A stretch of DNA of 63,521 nt, filler included, from Lenisia limosa (taxonomy: Eukaryota > Protista > Breviatea), in assembly GCA_001655205.1 (NCBI GenBank). It is 10 parts of 10 records of this genome, joined end to end, with 100 filler letters (N's around TTAATTAATTAA, not from the genome) between each part and the next. Parts side by side here need not be neighbours in the genome. Positions count along the whole stretch, not along the records: positions 27,959 to 37,091 come from LPNZ01005768.1; positions 37,192 to 38,509 come from LPNZ01000292.1; positions 38,610 to 47,722 come from LPNZ01006297.1; positions 47,823 to 50,447 come from LPNZ01007612.1; 6 more parts are not named here. One strand, written 5' to 3'. This document shows, piece by piece, positions 37,078 to 47,919 of this stretch (within the stretch, counting starts at the first letter, position 1; the number at the start of each line of letters is the position of its first letter). The translations under genes were made by a program, and so were the position numbers. The notes under the pieces were generated by a model. The model searched no databases. It was given only the letters and a program-made list of their open reading frames with translations, and had not been told where the DNA came from.

Positions 37078-37091
37078 TGCTAACACCGGTA
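37078..37091 (+). repeat. attC-like site D (start only; truncated by contig end)
   Basis: TGCTAAC-ACC-GGTA begins 10 bp after the stop codon, mirroring the CAAC-ACC-GTA start of site A. Confidence 0.5.
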
Positions 37092-37507
37092 NNNNNNNNN
37101 NNNNNNNNNNNNNNNNNNNNNNNNNNNNNNNNNNNTTAATTAATTAANNNNNNNNNNNNNNNNNNNNNNNNNNNNNNNNNNNNNNNNNNNNTATTACCTG
37201 TAGCCATGATGGCGGGTGGAGAAGGCCTAGAAGGGCACTATGCGACACAAATTTGACGTTAAACGACCTTGTTCTTTGAAGTCTTCTTAATGGTTATTTA
37301 ACGAAAGTTAAGCCTTTTTAGAGGGCGTAAACACAAAACAGTCATATTCACGTAATTGATCGTTTTCTGGGGGTTTTATACCTTTCCTTTTTGCGGCAAA
37401 AATTGCTCGTAATTGCCTTTTAGACAGTGGCAAACAGAGTTACTTGGATATTGTTAGGTTTTAGCTTTTTTGAATACGTAGATTTGTTGAGTTGCATTGC
37501 AAAGACT

Positions 37508-38509
37508 ATGGCATCGCTCAAAACAAAGCGATATAACATCAAAGGAACTCATGTTGAGATTCCAGTCACCTATGACCCAATTGCCATCATTGGAAAGGGA
37601 GCTTATGGCCTTGTAATGTCAGCTAGCCGCCTTTCTCGCTCTTCCCCCCGCCTCCTCAATTCTTTTTACATTATTTAGCTCTTGCAAGCAAAAGTCGGAT
37701 GGTTCTCTTGTTGCAGTCAAGAGAATCGCCAAGCCCTACTCCATCAAAACCACAGATATGCTCCGCACTCTTCGAGAGATCAGGTTACTCAGAATGTTTA
37801 ACCATGAAAATGTGGGTTATTATTATTTGTGTTTCGGCGACAATCCATTCCCTACCATCTTTTCTTTTCTTTTTCCTGGTAAATCTTCTCTTTCATTTGT
37901 TTGGTTTTGGCGCTCTTTCGTTGTCCGGTGTCGAAATCACATTTCAGGTGATTTCCATCCACGATATCTTCCTAACTACGGACGCCAACAACTACAACGA
38001 TGTTTATATCGGTACTGGGGGTGTTCATGGCAGATTAATGCTGAATGCAATTCAAAAGAATTCTTTCAAAGCATGAAACTATATAACTTTTCTCGCTATT
38101 GTGCGTCATTACTCATTGTAATGTTACAGTCACCGAGCTCATGGACCTCGATTTGAGTCAAGTGATCAAGGTTGGCAAGTCCGTCTTTTCATGCCTCTTG
38201 AACTTCCTCCAATATGTGCCAATGCAGTAATATCATATAAGATACATAGCCGAGGAATTAGCCCCATTTAATTTTAAGATATGACAATCCCTCTCCTTTG
38301 CAGAAGAAAACGGGGGGGCAGAGTAGTATTTACTTTGTCTCAACGGATCAAAAAATTGTTCATACCAGCCCGAAGTGTCAGGCGTATAGCCTCTCATGTT
38401 GTAGCAAACTCGTGGCACACTGTCCACTGACCACTGTCGCTACTTCTTCTATCAGGTTTGTTTTGCATTTTGGGGACATCTAAAGGCTTGCTTACCGTAT
38501 TATTTTTTT
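37508..38509 (+). CDS. Mitogen-activated protein kinase (CMGC), 3' truncated
   Basis: MASLKTKRYNIKGTHVEIPVTYDPIAIIGKGAYGLV|ISC...VAVKRI...RTLREIRLLRMFNHEN|VISIHDIF...NDVYI|VTELMDLDL. Confidence 0.92.
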
Positions 38510-38879
38510 NNNNNNNNNNNNNNNNNNNNNNNNNNNNNNNNNNNNNNNNNNNNTTAATTAATTAANNNNNNNNNNNNNNNNNNNNNNNNNNNNNNNNNNN
38601 NNNNNNNNNTCACAGGAAGAAGTTCAGTAACAAGAAGTCATACGAGCAGCATATTGCCTCAGCCAAACAGGCTAACGAGTCCAAAGCAACTAAAGTATCT
38701 TCTCCTGGTGGGTGGGGGGTTCTATGATATCATATGATTATGTAATTCCATATCATATGGTGTTACAACCTTGTTTTATATAATATATATTTTTTTCTCA
38801 ATTCAATTATATACAACGGTAGGTGTAATATACTCATTTTTCTTACCACTCCCACATAATAGATTTAGACGCCCCCCGC

Positions 38880-39380
38880 GATAGGAACGGGTGCTACGGT
38901 CTCTCAGCCGTGGTGGAGAGACCGTAGCACCCGTTCCTATCAAGATCACGAAGTGCGGAGCCAGGTACAATGATGAGCTCTCCAAGTGGTATACAGATAA
39001 TCCAGACCACATCACCCCCACGCTTTACGCTCCATCCCCAACCATGGTCTCCAAAGCCCAAGAAAATAACGTATTTTGCCTTGGTGTAAATAAGAGCTCC
39101 TTTTACTCTACAATGTCGGTGATAAGCTATCTCTTTCAGTTCGCTAAATTTGTCAACGCCTCGCCAGAGAACCACAAGCTGGTGGTTTTGGATGGTGCAA
39201 AAGTCCACATCTCCGTCGAGGTAAGACATTTAGGAATATTTTTTTTGAAGTGATTATCTTACGCCGATTGTCATTTGTTTGAAAAGTTAACTCCTCAGGT
39301 CCACAGCGTGTGATACCTGGCACTGGGGCTGATAATTGTGATTGCGCCTCCCTTTACCTCCCACTTCCTCCAAGTTTGAT
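38880..39380 (+). pseudogene. Decayed DDE_1 (pogo/Tigger-like) transposase fragment
   Basis: HKLVVLDGAKVHISVE then GLIIVIAPPFTSHFLQV* matches LLILDGHxSH...LPPHTSHLLQPLD; in-frame TGA stops present. Confidence 0.6.
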
Positions 39381-39649
39381 GGTTTAATATTGTGACATCT
39401 TAATCTTTACTATTTTTTTAAATACTTGCGTTGGTTGGTGACATATAGATTGGAGAAACTCAGACTACGTAATAAAGAGGCATAGTAAGGTCAATGCCAA
39501 GGCTGCTCCTGACGTTATCATAAAGTACATATAATATACAGTAAACATATCACATCATATCATATGTATTATAGTTATAAGTTCTTCTTTTGGTATGCTT
39601 TTCATCATGGCAATTGATAGTTCTTTCATTATTTTGGTTATATCTCTCC

Positions 39650-40606
39650 CCAGGTCTGCGGAGCAATCGAGCTTGCTTGTCAAGAGGTCGGGCTTCCAAT
39701 CATCACCTCCGCTTCTGACGGGTAAGTTCCAGTTAAGTTGTTTCATTGAGAAGACAGTTTCGATTTAATTGGTTCAGTGACGCCTCATCCCTTGCGTTCC
39801 AGCAATCCACGATGAAGCAGATGACAGCAGCAATCCAGCGAGATCTCGGCCTCTCTCCCCAACATCATCTTGTCGCCTTCAAGGCAGAGCTCCCATTCCG
39901 ATTCCAAGTCTGAATACGACAAAATATACTCTCATTATTAAATATTCAGGATTTCCACCACTCATACCTCAAGTTTCACACCCGAACAGTTGGTGTTGAA
40001 GCTTTACTGGTTGGTTACTACAGCAAAGCATTGGCTGTTGTAGTTTGATATTCTTTGTTACAGTTTGGTAAAGTTTGGTTGACTCGGGACATCCTGGTAC
40101 CTTTCCTAAACAAGGTCGAGTATCCCTTCATCAGGCTTCGCCAGTTCGACTTGATCTCTGCTGCCAACCAATGAGCTTTGATGGAGCGCTTTCTGTTATG
40201 TTGTTACAATGGATAAGTGCCACTTTCCAATCTTTGACATTTGTTTAGGAACTATTCTTCACTCATGAAGCTCATGAACCGCCCTCTCGTGGACAGCCTT
40301 GCCGCCGCCGATACCCCTGAAACTCTCGCGTTCGCTGCTGCCATTGAGGTCGTCCGTTTCCAGGCAGCTTTGTTCATCGGCCTCCATCTTGAGGGCTACA
40401 ACTTGACTCCCCGCCACCTTCCTTCCTACACCCCCGAGGATGCTTTTACATGGGCCGATCGTATCGAGGCCATGTCACAGGCGGCTACTATCCTGCGGCT
40501 GATTACGAAGGCCTGTGAGAATCCCCGGACTCAAGCAAGTTCATCGACCCTGAAAACAGTCTGGCGCCAAGCTGGACTATCGATTCTACACTGCCAACTT
40601 CATTAA
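39650..40606 (+). pseudogene. Degenerate coding remnants, possibly transposon-derived
   Basis: GC-richer blocks (...LMNRPLVDSLAAADTPE...) interrupted by stop codons. No firm family assignment. Confidence 0.3.
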
Positions 40607-42139
40607 GGTAAATGAAAGGCTATATTTCATCAGATAGTTTTTTTATTCATTAAGATTCGTTTTTCGATTCCCAATGTAGCATTTCTCTTCAACTTGTGTA
40701 GGGTGTTGAGCTCAACGCGGCTTCTCTGATATCATTCTGTGTTTACATATATACCAACTTCCCCAATACCGATATTGACACCGAGTCTATCACAAGCCAT
40801 GTTTGAAAAAAGAGGCATCTGCTTTCTTACAAATCAATTGAGTTCAAATGATACAACAGCATTAGTGAGACCATCATATTTCCCTTTAATATCATTATAA
40901 AAACATGATAGCATCACCCAGTGCGAGTACCTGAATTTGTGTTGAAATTTTGGAACTGTTTATTCATAGTGCTTATTCTCACCTTTTTTCTTTAATAAAA
41001 CAATAGAATTTTATTATTCCGTTGTTTTATTAAAGAGTAAATGTCATAACTATCGATAAACAATGTATAAGATATACTACATATAGGTTGGTGGTTAAAA
41101 CCGCAAACATGATTAAAACCGCACAAGGACATAAAAACACCCTTTTTAGTGTGAAATTCGGCAGTTTTGAGTACTATACTATCAATAACATCAAAACAAA
41201 GAAATTATGAGCAAAAAGAAGAAACAAAAGAGGAGATAAAAAAATCGAAAAAAAAAGATCTTTTGATCAGAATCGACCCGGCCGGNNNNNNNNNNTTATC
41301 AAAGTGCCCCACTATAGAAACGCAGATTTTTAAGGAGAATTCGAATCTGAAGTCCATTTTTGGAGAAAATGTAGTGGTTTTGAGGTATTTAAGTCAACTT
41401 TTGTAACGGTTTTTTCAAGAATTTTCCTTGTTCAGTCTCTATAATAGAGCCAATAGACAGTATATACTGCGTCAATAACCCATTTACCGTTCTGGTACGG
41501 CACAAAACGTAAGAGTCAAATTCGCTTGATTTATTACCATCTTCTATCATATTTTCGCCCATTTTTGGGTAATTTACGCTCATTTTGTGCCCAATTTGTC
41601 TCGTATTCTCTACTTAACTGCTTCTAGGTTACTCAAGAGTGAAAAAAAATCAAATCTGATGGTGCAAGAACGTCTTCACTTTATCGCAGGGACAATTCTA
41701 GGCCATAATCAGTGTTTTTAATGTATTTCGCATGAACACAATTGCATACCGTCACAGTTTTGGTAAGGTGTCCGTTGAGGAGGATGAGGAGGATGACGAG
41801 ACGCTCGTTCAAGACGGCGCAGCTGAGGCCTCAGAATGAAAACACGACAATGTTGGGCTTCATAACAACTATCGGTAGAACTTATTTATTTTATCCTGTA
41901 ATACGTGATATGATATGGATTATTAAAGATTAAGACTTAATACGGTCAAAATATATAGATATTAAATGTGGTCGTTATTCTTAATTCCATTGCAGTAACT
42001 TTTTCTTATTTTCACTCATAACATTGTTTTTACCTCCCCTCTCCCGTAGTTGATTCGGATAACACAAAGCCACCCAATTCGAACAGCAACACTAGTCGAT
42101 ACTGTCAATTGTATTACTAGGACTGTTATCATATAAATG

Positions 42140-42880
42140 ATCTTATTTGCAGTTGTTGTAAGAGTGAACAACGTTGATGTTCCGTGTGATATTATTTCGT
42201 CTTGGAGGACAAAATCCGGTCTTAGGCACATTTATTCTTGGAGTACTTGTATCGCAGCGTTTTGTCATACGGTACTGTCGTGTTCTCACCTCTGCCACGG
42301 GATTGGATCTGATTGTGCTGGGTATGCATGACACGTCAGACTCAGTCACTTGAGTCAAGAAGTTTCCTGTGGGCACTCTTGTGGCCCCATTTTTCCAATA
42401 CACTGCTCAGAAGTGCTCCTTGATCAGCTTTTCGAAAGTGTTCAAGACTAAGAACATGGTCTGTCATGCTTGTACACAGCTCTCTAAGTGCTTTTCGGCT
42501 CGTGTACCAATCCGAAGCGAAAGGTTGAAACCGGCCGATGTTTCATCAATGAGTTCGCCCATGATGAGAGATATTGCTTTCCAAAGGCTTCCGCTTCAGT
42601 GGAGATAGAGGTTTGTCAGAATCGGTCACACCAGGAACCAGGGCAACGCTTGGGTAGAACTGACAGTCTAATCGCAACACGTGGGTCATCAGAAGTAGTG
42701 TATTAGCAAAGATCCCCGCACGCTCAAAAGCACTCTGAACAGAAATCGGGTCCAAAACCTGCGTAAGTGCGGAGAGACCGGCTGCAAGAAGCAGAACACG
42801 CAGCCCCAAAGACTTGCTGAGAGGAATTCAAGAAAAAAACCCACCATGGGGATTAAAATCACATTTCCGGGACAGTGGGT
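42140..42880 (-). pseudogene. Second decayed DDE/pogo-like transposase C-terminal fragment
   Basis: LSALTQVLDPISVQSAFERAGIF resembles the pogo-type C-terminal NIxSAFxKTGIxP motif; multiple stops and frameshifts follow. Confidence 0.4.
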
Positions 42881-44499
42881 CATTTTTGTTTCCTGTTGAC
42901 AGCTTTAGAGAGGTTAAATGAGTGGTTGAATGAAAGAAGTTAAACTTTTTGTTCAAGGGCTTTGTTTTTGTGTTGTAATGCCAAATGAAGGACACCTTAA
43001 TAACAATGCTGTAAAAAAACTTTTTTATTAACTTTTAAAGGGAGTTTTCTTCAAAAAGACTAAAAGGCAATTGGGTGACCACGTAGTTCAGTTCAAAATT
43101 AGTCTCTAAAATTTTTTATTCCTCTTCGGATTGCCTCTTCGGAAATTATAATATTTTAGACAATTGTCGTTTTTTATTAGGAAATTTTATTGAATTGTTG
43201 TCGATATAAGAATTTTTGCATCACAAGTAGGCAGCTCTGTGATCGCACTCACACTGGTAATCGCACTCAGACCGGGGGACTTATATACTACATAATCCGT
43301 GCAATTATTTGTTTAAAGAAATTAATGACATAGTTTGAAATTAAAGTGTCTGAAATGAAGTTCCCACAATATGGCTCACTTCAAATTTTGCAATTAATTT
43401 TTTAATTATTTGCACGGAGTCCTAATAGTATATATATAATATAGTCATATTGAATATACAGTATATGTGCTATCTCTCCTCCAGTCGTCGATTGCTTATA
43501 CCATATTTTCTCAAGATTGCGTCACCAAATGATGTTCACCAATATTGACAGCGACACGATGGTTACTTTTATAAGGAAATGTCGGATACGACAAAGTTGA
43601 TAGGAAGGTCTAGATGAGTTGTGGTGATTATGCACTATGTTCATATGGTCTTGTCACGAAACAGGTTGAAGTCTGGACAGCAGATGGACAACGTCTGGCC
43701 TACCCCACTCCCGAGGAAGTTGACACTTTCTTGAACTTTACTGGCGGTGTTAACCGCCTTCGCTCCCCGCATCTTCTTTTACTTCCTCAATGACAAGCCA
43801 CCCACTCCTGAGTGCTTGAAAGTTAGCTGAAGTGTTCTACACATTTCATATGTATGTAGCATATGATATTATCAATTACACTGTTAAAACACATAAACAT
43901 ATACATTACACTGTTAAAGCGGGGTAACGGACATTTTTTACGCACCTTTTTAAATGCTATACTGACGTTTAAGCTAGTTTAATCATTAGAATTTAAGTAA
44001 ATTGGATTAAACTTAAGGGACTTTGCATTAAAAGAGAACTAAATCCTCCAGCATCCAAACTCAACGATATGGGCATTAAGCCTTATGGTACTTTGGTGTC
44101 CTCGCATGGCTTCATAAACGCTGTCAAAAAGATTATTGGGTTATAGGGTTATATTTCTCAATATCTTTACTTGGAGTCATTATGCACATACTATCATCCG
44201 TATCATCTGCGTCACTGCCATTCCTGTTAATTTTTGAATTATTGTGATATAAACAATGGAAAGGGTCAGTGACCAAGGTCACTAACTTTGCCAGTAACTG
44301 TTTTACCAGGTTTCATTTGTTTTTAGAGAAGGAAAATGTCCACAATGCAACCACTACCACCAACCATTATCACCAATCCCCAAACGGGACTGGCAATAAA
44401 AGCAGAAGGAGGTTGAAATACAATAGTAGGGGAAAATAAAAATAAACAATGACAAACAGAGCAAGCAAACCATTTGAAAACAAACAGTAACAACAATCT

Positions 44500-45300
44500 C
44501 TTTGTTTTGTCAGAATAATATCAGCATTTCTAAGGCATTTCATAGTGAGTATTCTGAATACAGCACCTTCTAAATCACCTAAGGTGAACCTGGTTACACC
44601 AACAGAACTTGTTAACACTGCTTTCAAAAAAAGATCCCTAATAGTCAAAGGATGAATAACAAACAATAAATTGAATGGAACCAATAACAAAACAACAGAA
44701 AAAAGAATCCGCTTCCCAAACGAACCTAAATCAATCAATAAGACTATGCTATATACTATTTTTACAACATATCGTATGGTATGCTAAGTTACTCTAACCT
44801 TCTCCAACGCCAAAACTGAATCCGAATAGGCTTCAACTGCTCTCGAAATCACATGCTGGAACGGCAACAGCTTTGATTTCTTCTCAGGCTCCTTGAAATC
44901 GCCTGGACAGGGTTTACCACTCTTTATTGCTTCCTCTTCCTCATACTTGTGGCAATTTGCCAGAATAACGCTGACTGCCTCAACTAGAACAATATAGACA
45001 CCATTGGTACATTAGGAGTCTGATGTAGTGTCTTTACGTAATACTTTGGGGAAGAATTGTTCCAAAAATGGGGGTTGACTCCCCCATACTTTATCCTCCT
45101 GCAGGTGTGCAGCATTTGTGTGCGCACACATGATTTTGGTGAATTGTTAATATTGTTGGTTGATTGGTTTGTTCGTTTGTGATTTGAGTTGGAGTCTCCC
45201 TATTACCCTATTACCCTGTTACATGCTCTCAATGAATATTGCAAATGAAGTGCCTTGTCATGGCAAAGTTTTTTCTTTTTTTAAACTAGTCCGTAACTGC
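44500..45300 (-). CDS. Multi-exon hypothetical protein fragments
   Basis: Open AG/GT-bounded exon EAVSVILANCHKYEEEEAIKSGKPCPGDFKEPEKKSKLLPFQHVISRAVEAYSDSVLALEK. No family recognised. Confidence 0.35.
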
Positions 45301-45344
45301 TCTATCAGTATTTCCAATGGGAATTTTATCAGGAAGCCTTGATA

Positions 45345-46420
45345 ATGAGGTTTGCCATCTTTCACCAACATTCACAGTTTTTTTATTCTTATCACAAGTT
45401 GAATTATCGATTAGAACCAGTTTCTGGAAGTTCAGTCACAAATATTGCTTATAATCGATCTAAAGATTGTTTTGCTGTTGGTACGTTTGATTCTTCACTT
45501 CCCATTTTTCGCCAAGATGGGTCAAAATTGTGTGAGTTTCCAAGGGGAGACAGATATTTGTATCAACTGAAACACACTAAGTGCTGCTTTTTTATTAAAT
45601 TAGAGGGCACACTGGCTCTATTACTCAAGTAAAATGGAACCAGAATAATTCTGAGATCCTCTTTTCAGCGTCAGAAGATAAAACGATTCGAAAGTTCACA
45701 ACTTCTAATCCCAAATCTCATAGTGATATATTTGACTGCAGAAGACTGGCAGAAGGCTATCCTGCAACGTTTGATTTGAATGAAAATCAATTAATTGCTG
45801 GATTTAGTTCAGGAGAACTTATTTCGTTTGACTCAAGAGCAAGCCGTGTTAAATCATCCATTGTAAAGGTTTTGGCCATTTCTTATCAGACTTTTAATCC
45901 AATTACAAATCTTCAAGTTGGTCCATGTAAGTCTGTAGTTTACTCCCTTTCAGGTCTGGATTTACTTTTTTATTTGAAAGCGAATGTGTTCTTTTTGATA
46001 TTAGGAATTTTAAAAAGCCAATTCATTCTTTCGAGTTTTTCACTTCTTGTAAGTCAATTGGATTTTCAGAAGATGGAAGATCATTTATTATTGCAAAAAC
46101 TTCTCCAAAGATGACAGAAGTCAATTATATTGACTGTTTTTCATTTGCAACATCGAATCACTATTGTTTTGTATTTATTTTTTTATATAGCTTTAAGCAG
46201 ATCAGTAACTGTTTTTGAACTTGGGAATGAAAATAACTCCCTTTTCTTTGGTGATAAACTGGGTAATATTGGGCAATTATCTAATAATCCCAATATTAAA
46301 CAAAAATTATTAACACAACCCGGAAGGGTTGATTCCATTATGTCAATTAAGTATTTGTTTTTACTGACCAAAGCCCTGTACCTTATCATCCTGAAGATGA
46401 AAGACCAAACACTCTGAAAG
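45345..46420 (+). CDS. WD40-repeat protein, multi-exon
   Basis: SVTNIAYNRSKDCFAVGTFDSSL; GHTGSITQVKWNQNNSEILFSASEDKTIRKF; LIAGFSSGELISFDSR. Confidence 0.75.
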
Positions 46421-47026
46421 CGATTCCTGACAAGTGGAATGAAGTAATACAAAAATGGGTTTGTGACTCCTCTTCATTATTGAATCTTCTTCTTTTTTAT
46501 CTTTTTTTTATTCGCCATTTTGCGTAAATGAGAAAGGAGGTAGAGAATTATAATGGTGGGTTACACACATAGGAATCTGAGGAGGGGGGATAAAACCATA
46601 TTGTGAAGGAATAGGAGGCTGACCATAGCCATAGTACTGGTTAGGAGGAGGTTGATGAACGTAAGGTGAGTAATTGGGTGGAGAAGATGTTAACTGAGGG
46701 GGATAAAAAACCTGTTCAGGCTTTTCATCCACAGGCTTTTTATTCAACTTTGTCTTGCTGTCAATTAAGTAGAAATGTGAAAGGTACCAGCCTTTGGCTT
46801 ACGCTTCAGGAAACACAGGATATTTTTTAAAAATACTACTGCATTTAAGCATATCTCACAGTATATTCTACCAGCACGAACCAAAAACAAAGATCAGGGT
46901 TGCGTCAATTCCTATTCTTTGGTAGGCACAAAGTTGTTTTTTTTCAGCTGACATTTTTCCCCCTTCCCTCCTCTAGTAAAGTATCAGTGTTTTTTAAGGT
47001 TATTTGAGGTGCGGCTACAGTTTTAT

Positions 47027-47502
47027 AGAAAGGAGGAGATTGCCAATGCTTTATCAGCCCTACGCTGGGGAGCTACTCAGGAGAAGGAACTACCCAAAGA
47101 AGGTTTGTAAATATACTCTTTGTATGTATATTGCTACTGGGTCATTTGTGGTGAGAGCTAGTCCGTCTAATGTCTTTTAGAGAGAATTAAGAAGGCCCTT
47201 GACCTACTATCTGCTCCTCTCCATGAACCATTTGAAAGCATAAGGGACGATATTTACCACAGAATTGACCTTGAACTCAAAGACGAACTGAACAGTGTTA
47301 CAGACGTTATCAAGGTTAACATCTCAAAGTCTGCGATCCTTCTTAAGAAGATGCGAGTATTATCTCTGGTCAACCACGATGTCACACCCAATGAAGAGGT
47401 AGACCCAAATCGCATCCTTTTTGGAGATGAAATTGCGTTCATGGGCGCTTTCTTCGGAGAGATGCCTGGCTTCCCTCGCTCGGAAATTCTGCACGTTTTA
47501 TA
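47027..47502 (+). CDS. Hypothetical gene, two exons visible
   Basis: KEEIANALSALRWGATQEKELPKE|ERIKKALDLLSAPLHEPFESIRDDIYHRID...EILHVYR: an open exon of about 107 codons with canonical splice sites that is absent from the ORF track. Confidence 0.5.
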
Positions 47503-47919
47503 GGGGTTTACCTTATACCATATGTTGTCCCACCTATTCGAAATAATCGAATTTATCTTCCAAAATCAAACGAGTGGATATGAGGATCATATCCCTGCGT
47601 GGAAACTGATAGTTTAGTTGTGTGAAAGTACCCAAAAGGCCATGCATGAATACATAGTATGATATATGCGATATATTTTGTGTTTGTCTCGCAAAATTAG
47701 AAGTAAAATGATCTTGACTTTGNNNNNNNNNNNNNNNNNNNNNNNNNNNNNNNNNNNNNNNNNNNNTTAATTAATTAANNNNNNNNNNNNNNNNNNNNNN
47801 NNNNNNNNNNNNNNNNNNNNNNTAGCTATATTATGTACATATATAAAATACATATGATCATGATATATTTTGGAGCAATCACGGGAGCGTGAGCAGTGAT
47901 ATTGATGCCCCAGATTGAA

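Larger units (their letters stand above)
27959..37091. other. Bacterial contig (probably Bacteroidota/Flavobacteriia) within the eukaryotic concatenate
   Basis: Bounded by artificial linkers; long intron-free ORFs with overlapping stops/starts (TAATG at 34178-34182); very AT-rich; A-rich, Shine-Dalgarno-poor start contexts. The taxon is inferred. Confidence 0.9.

Noticed and set aside
28476-37091. attC-like sites as CRISPR repeats
   Set aside because: The sites are about 125 bp, diverge centrally and are separated by whole genes of 1-6.7 kb.
27859-37191. Lateral transfer of Wadjet into the eukaryotic genome
   Set aside because: The bacterial segment is a separate contig bounded by linkers, has no introns and none of the eukaryotic repeat families, so its adjacency is artificial.
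37192-37300. Possible ribosomal-protein exons on the minus strand
   Set aside because: Only two tiny exons with an ambiguous frame; no convincing motif.
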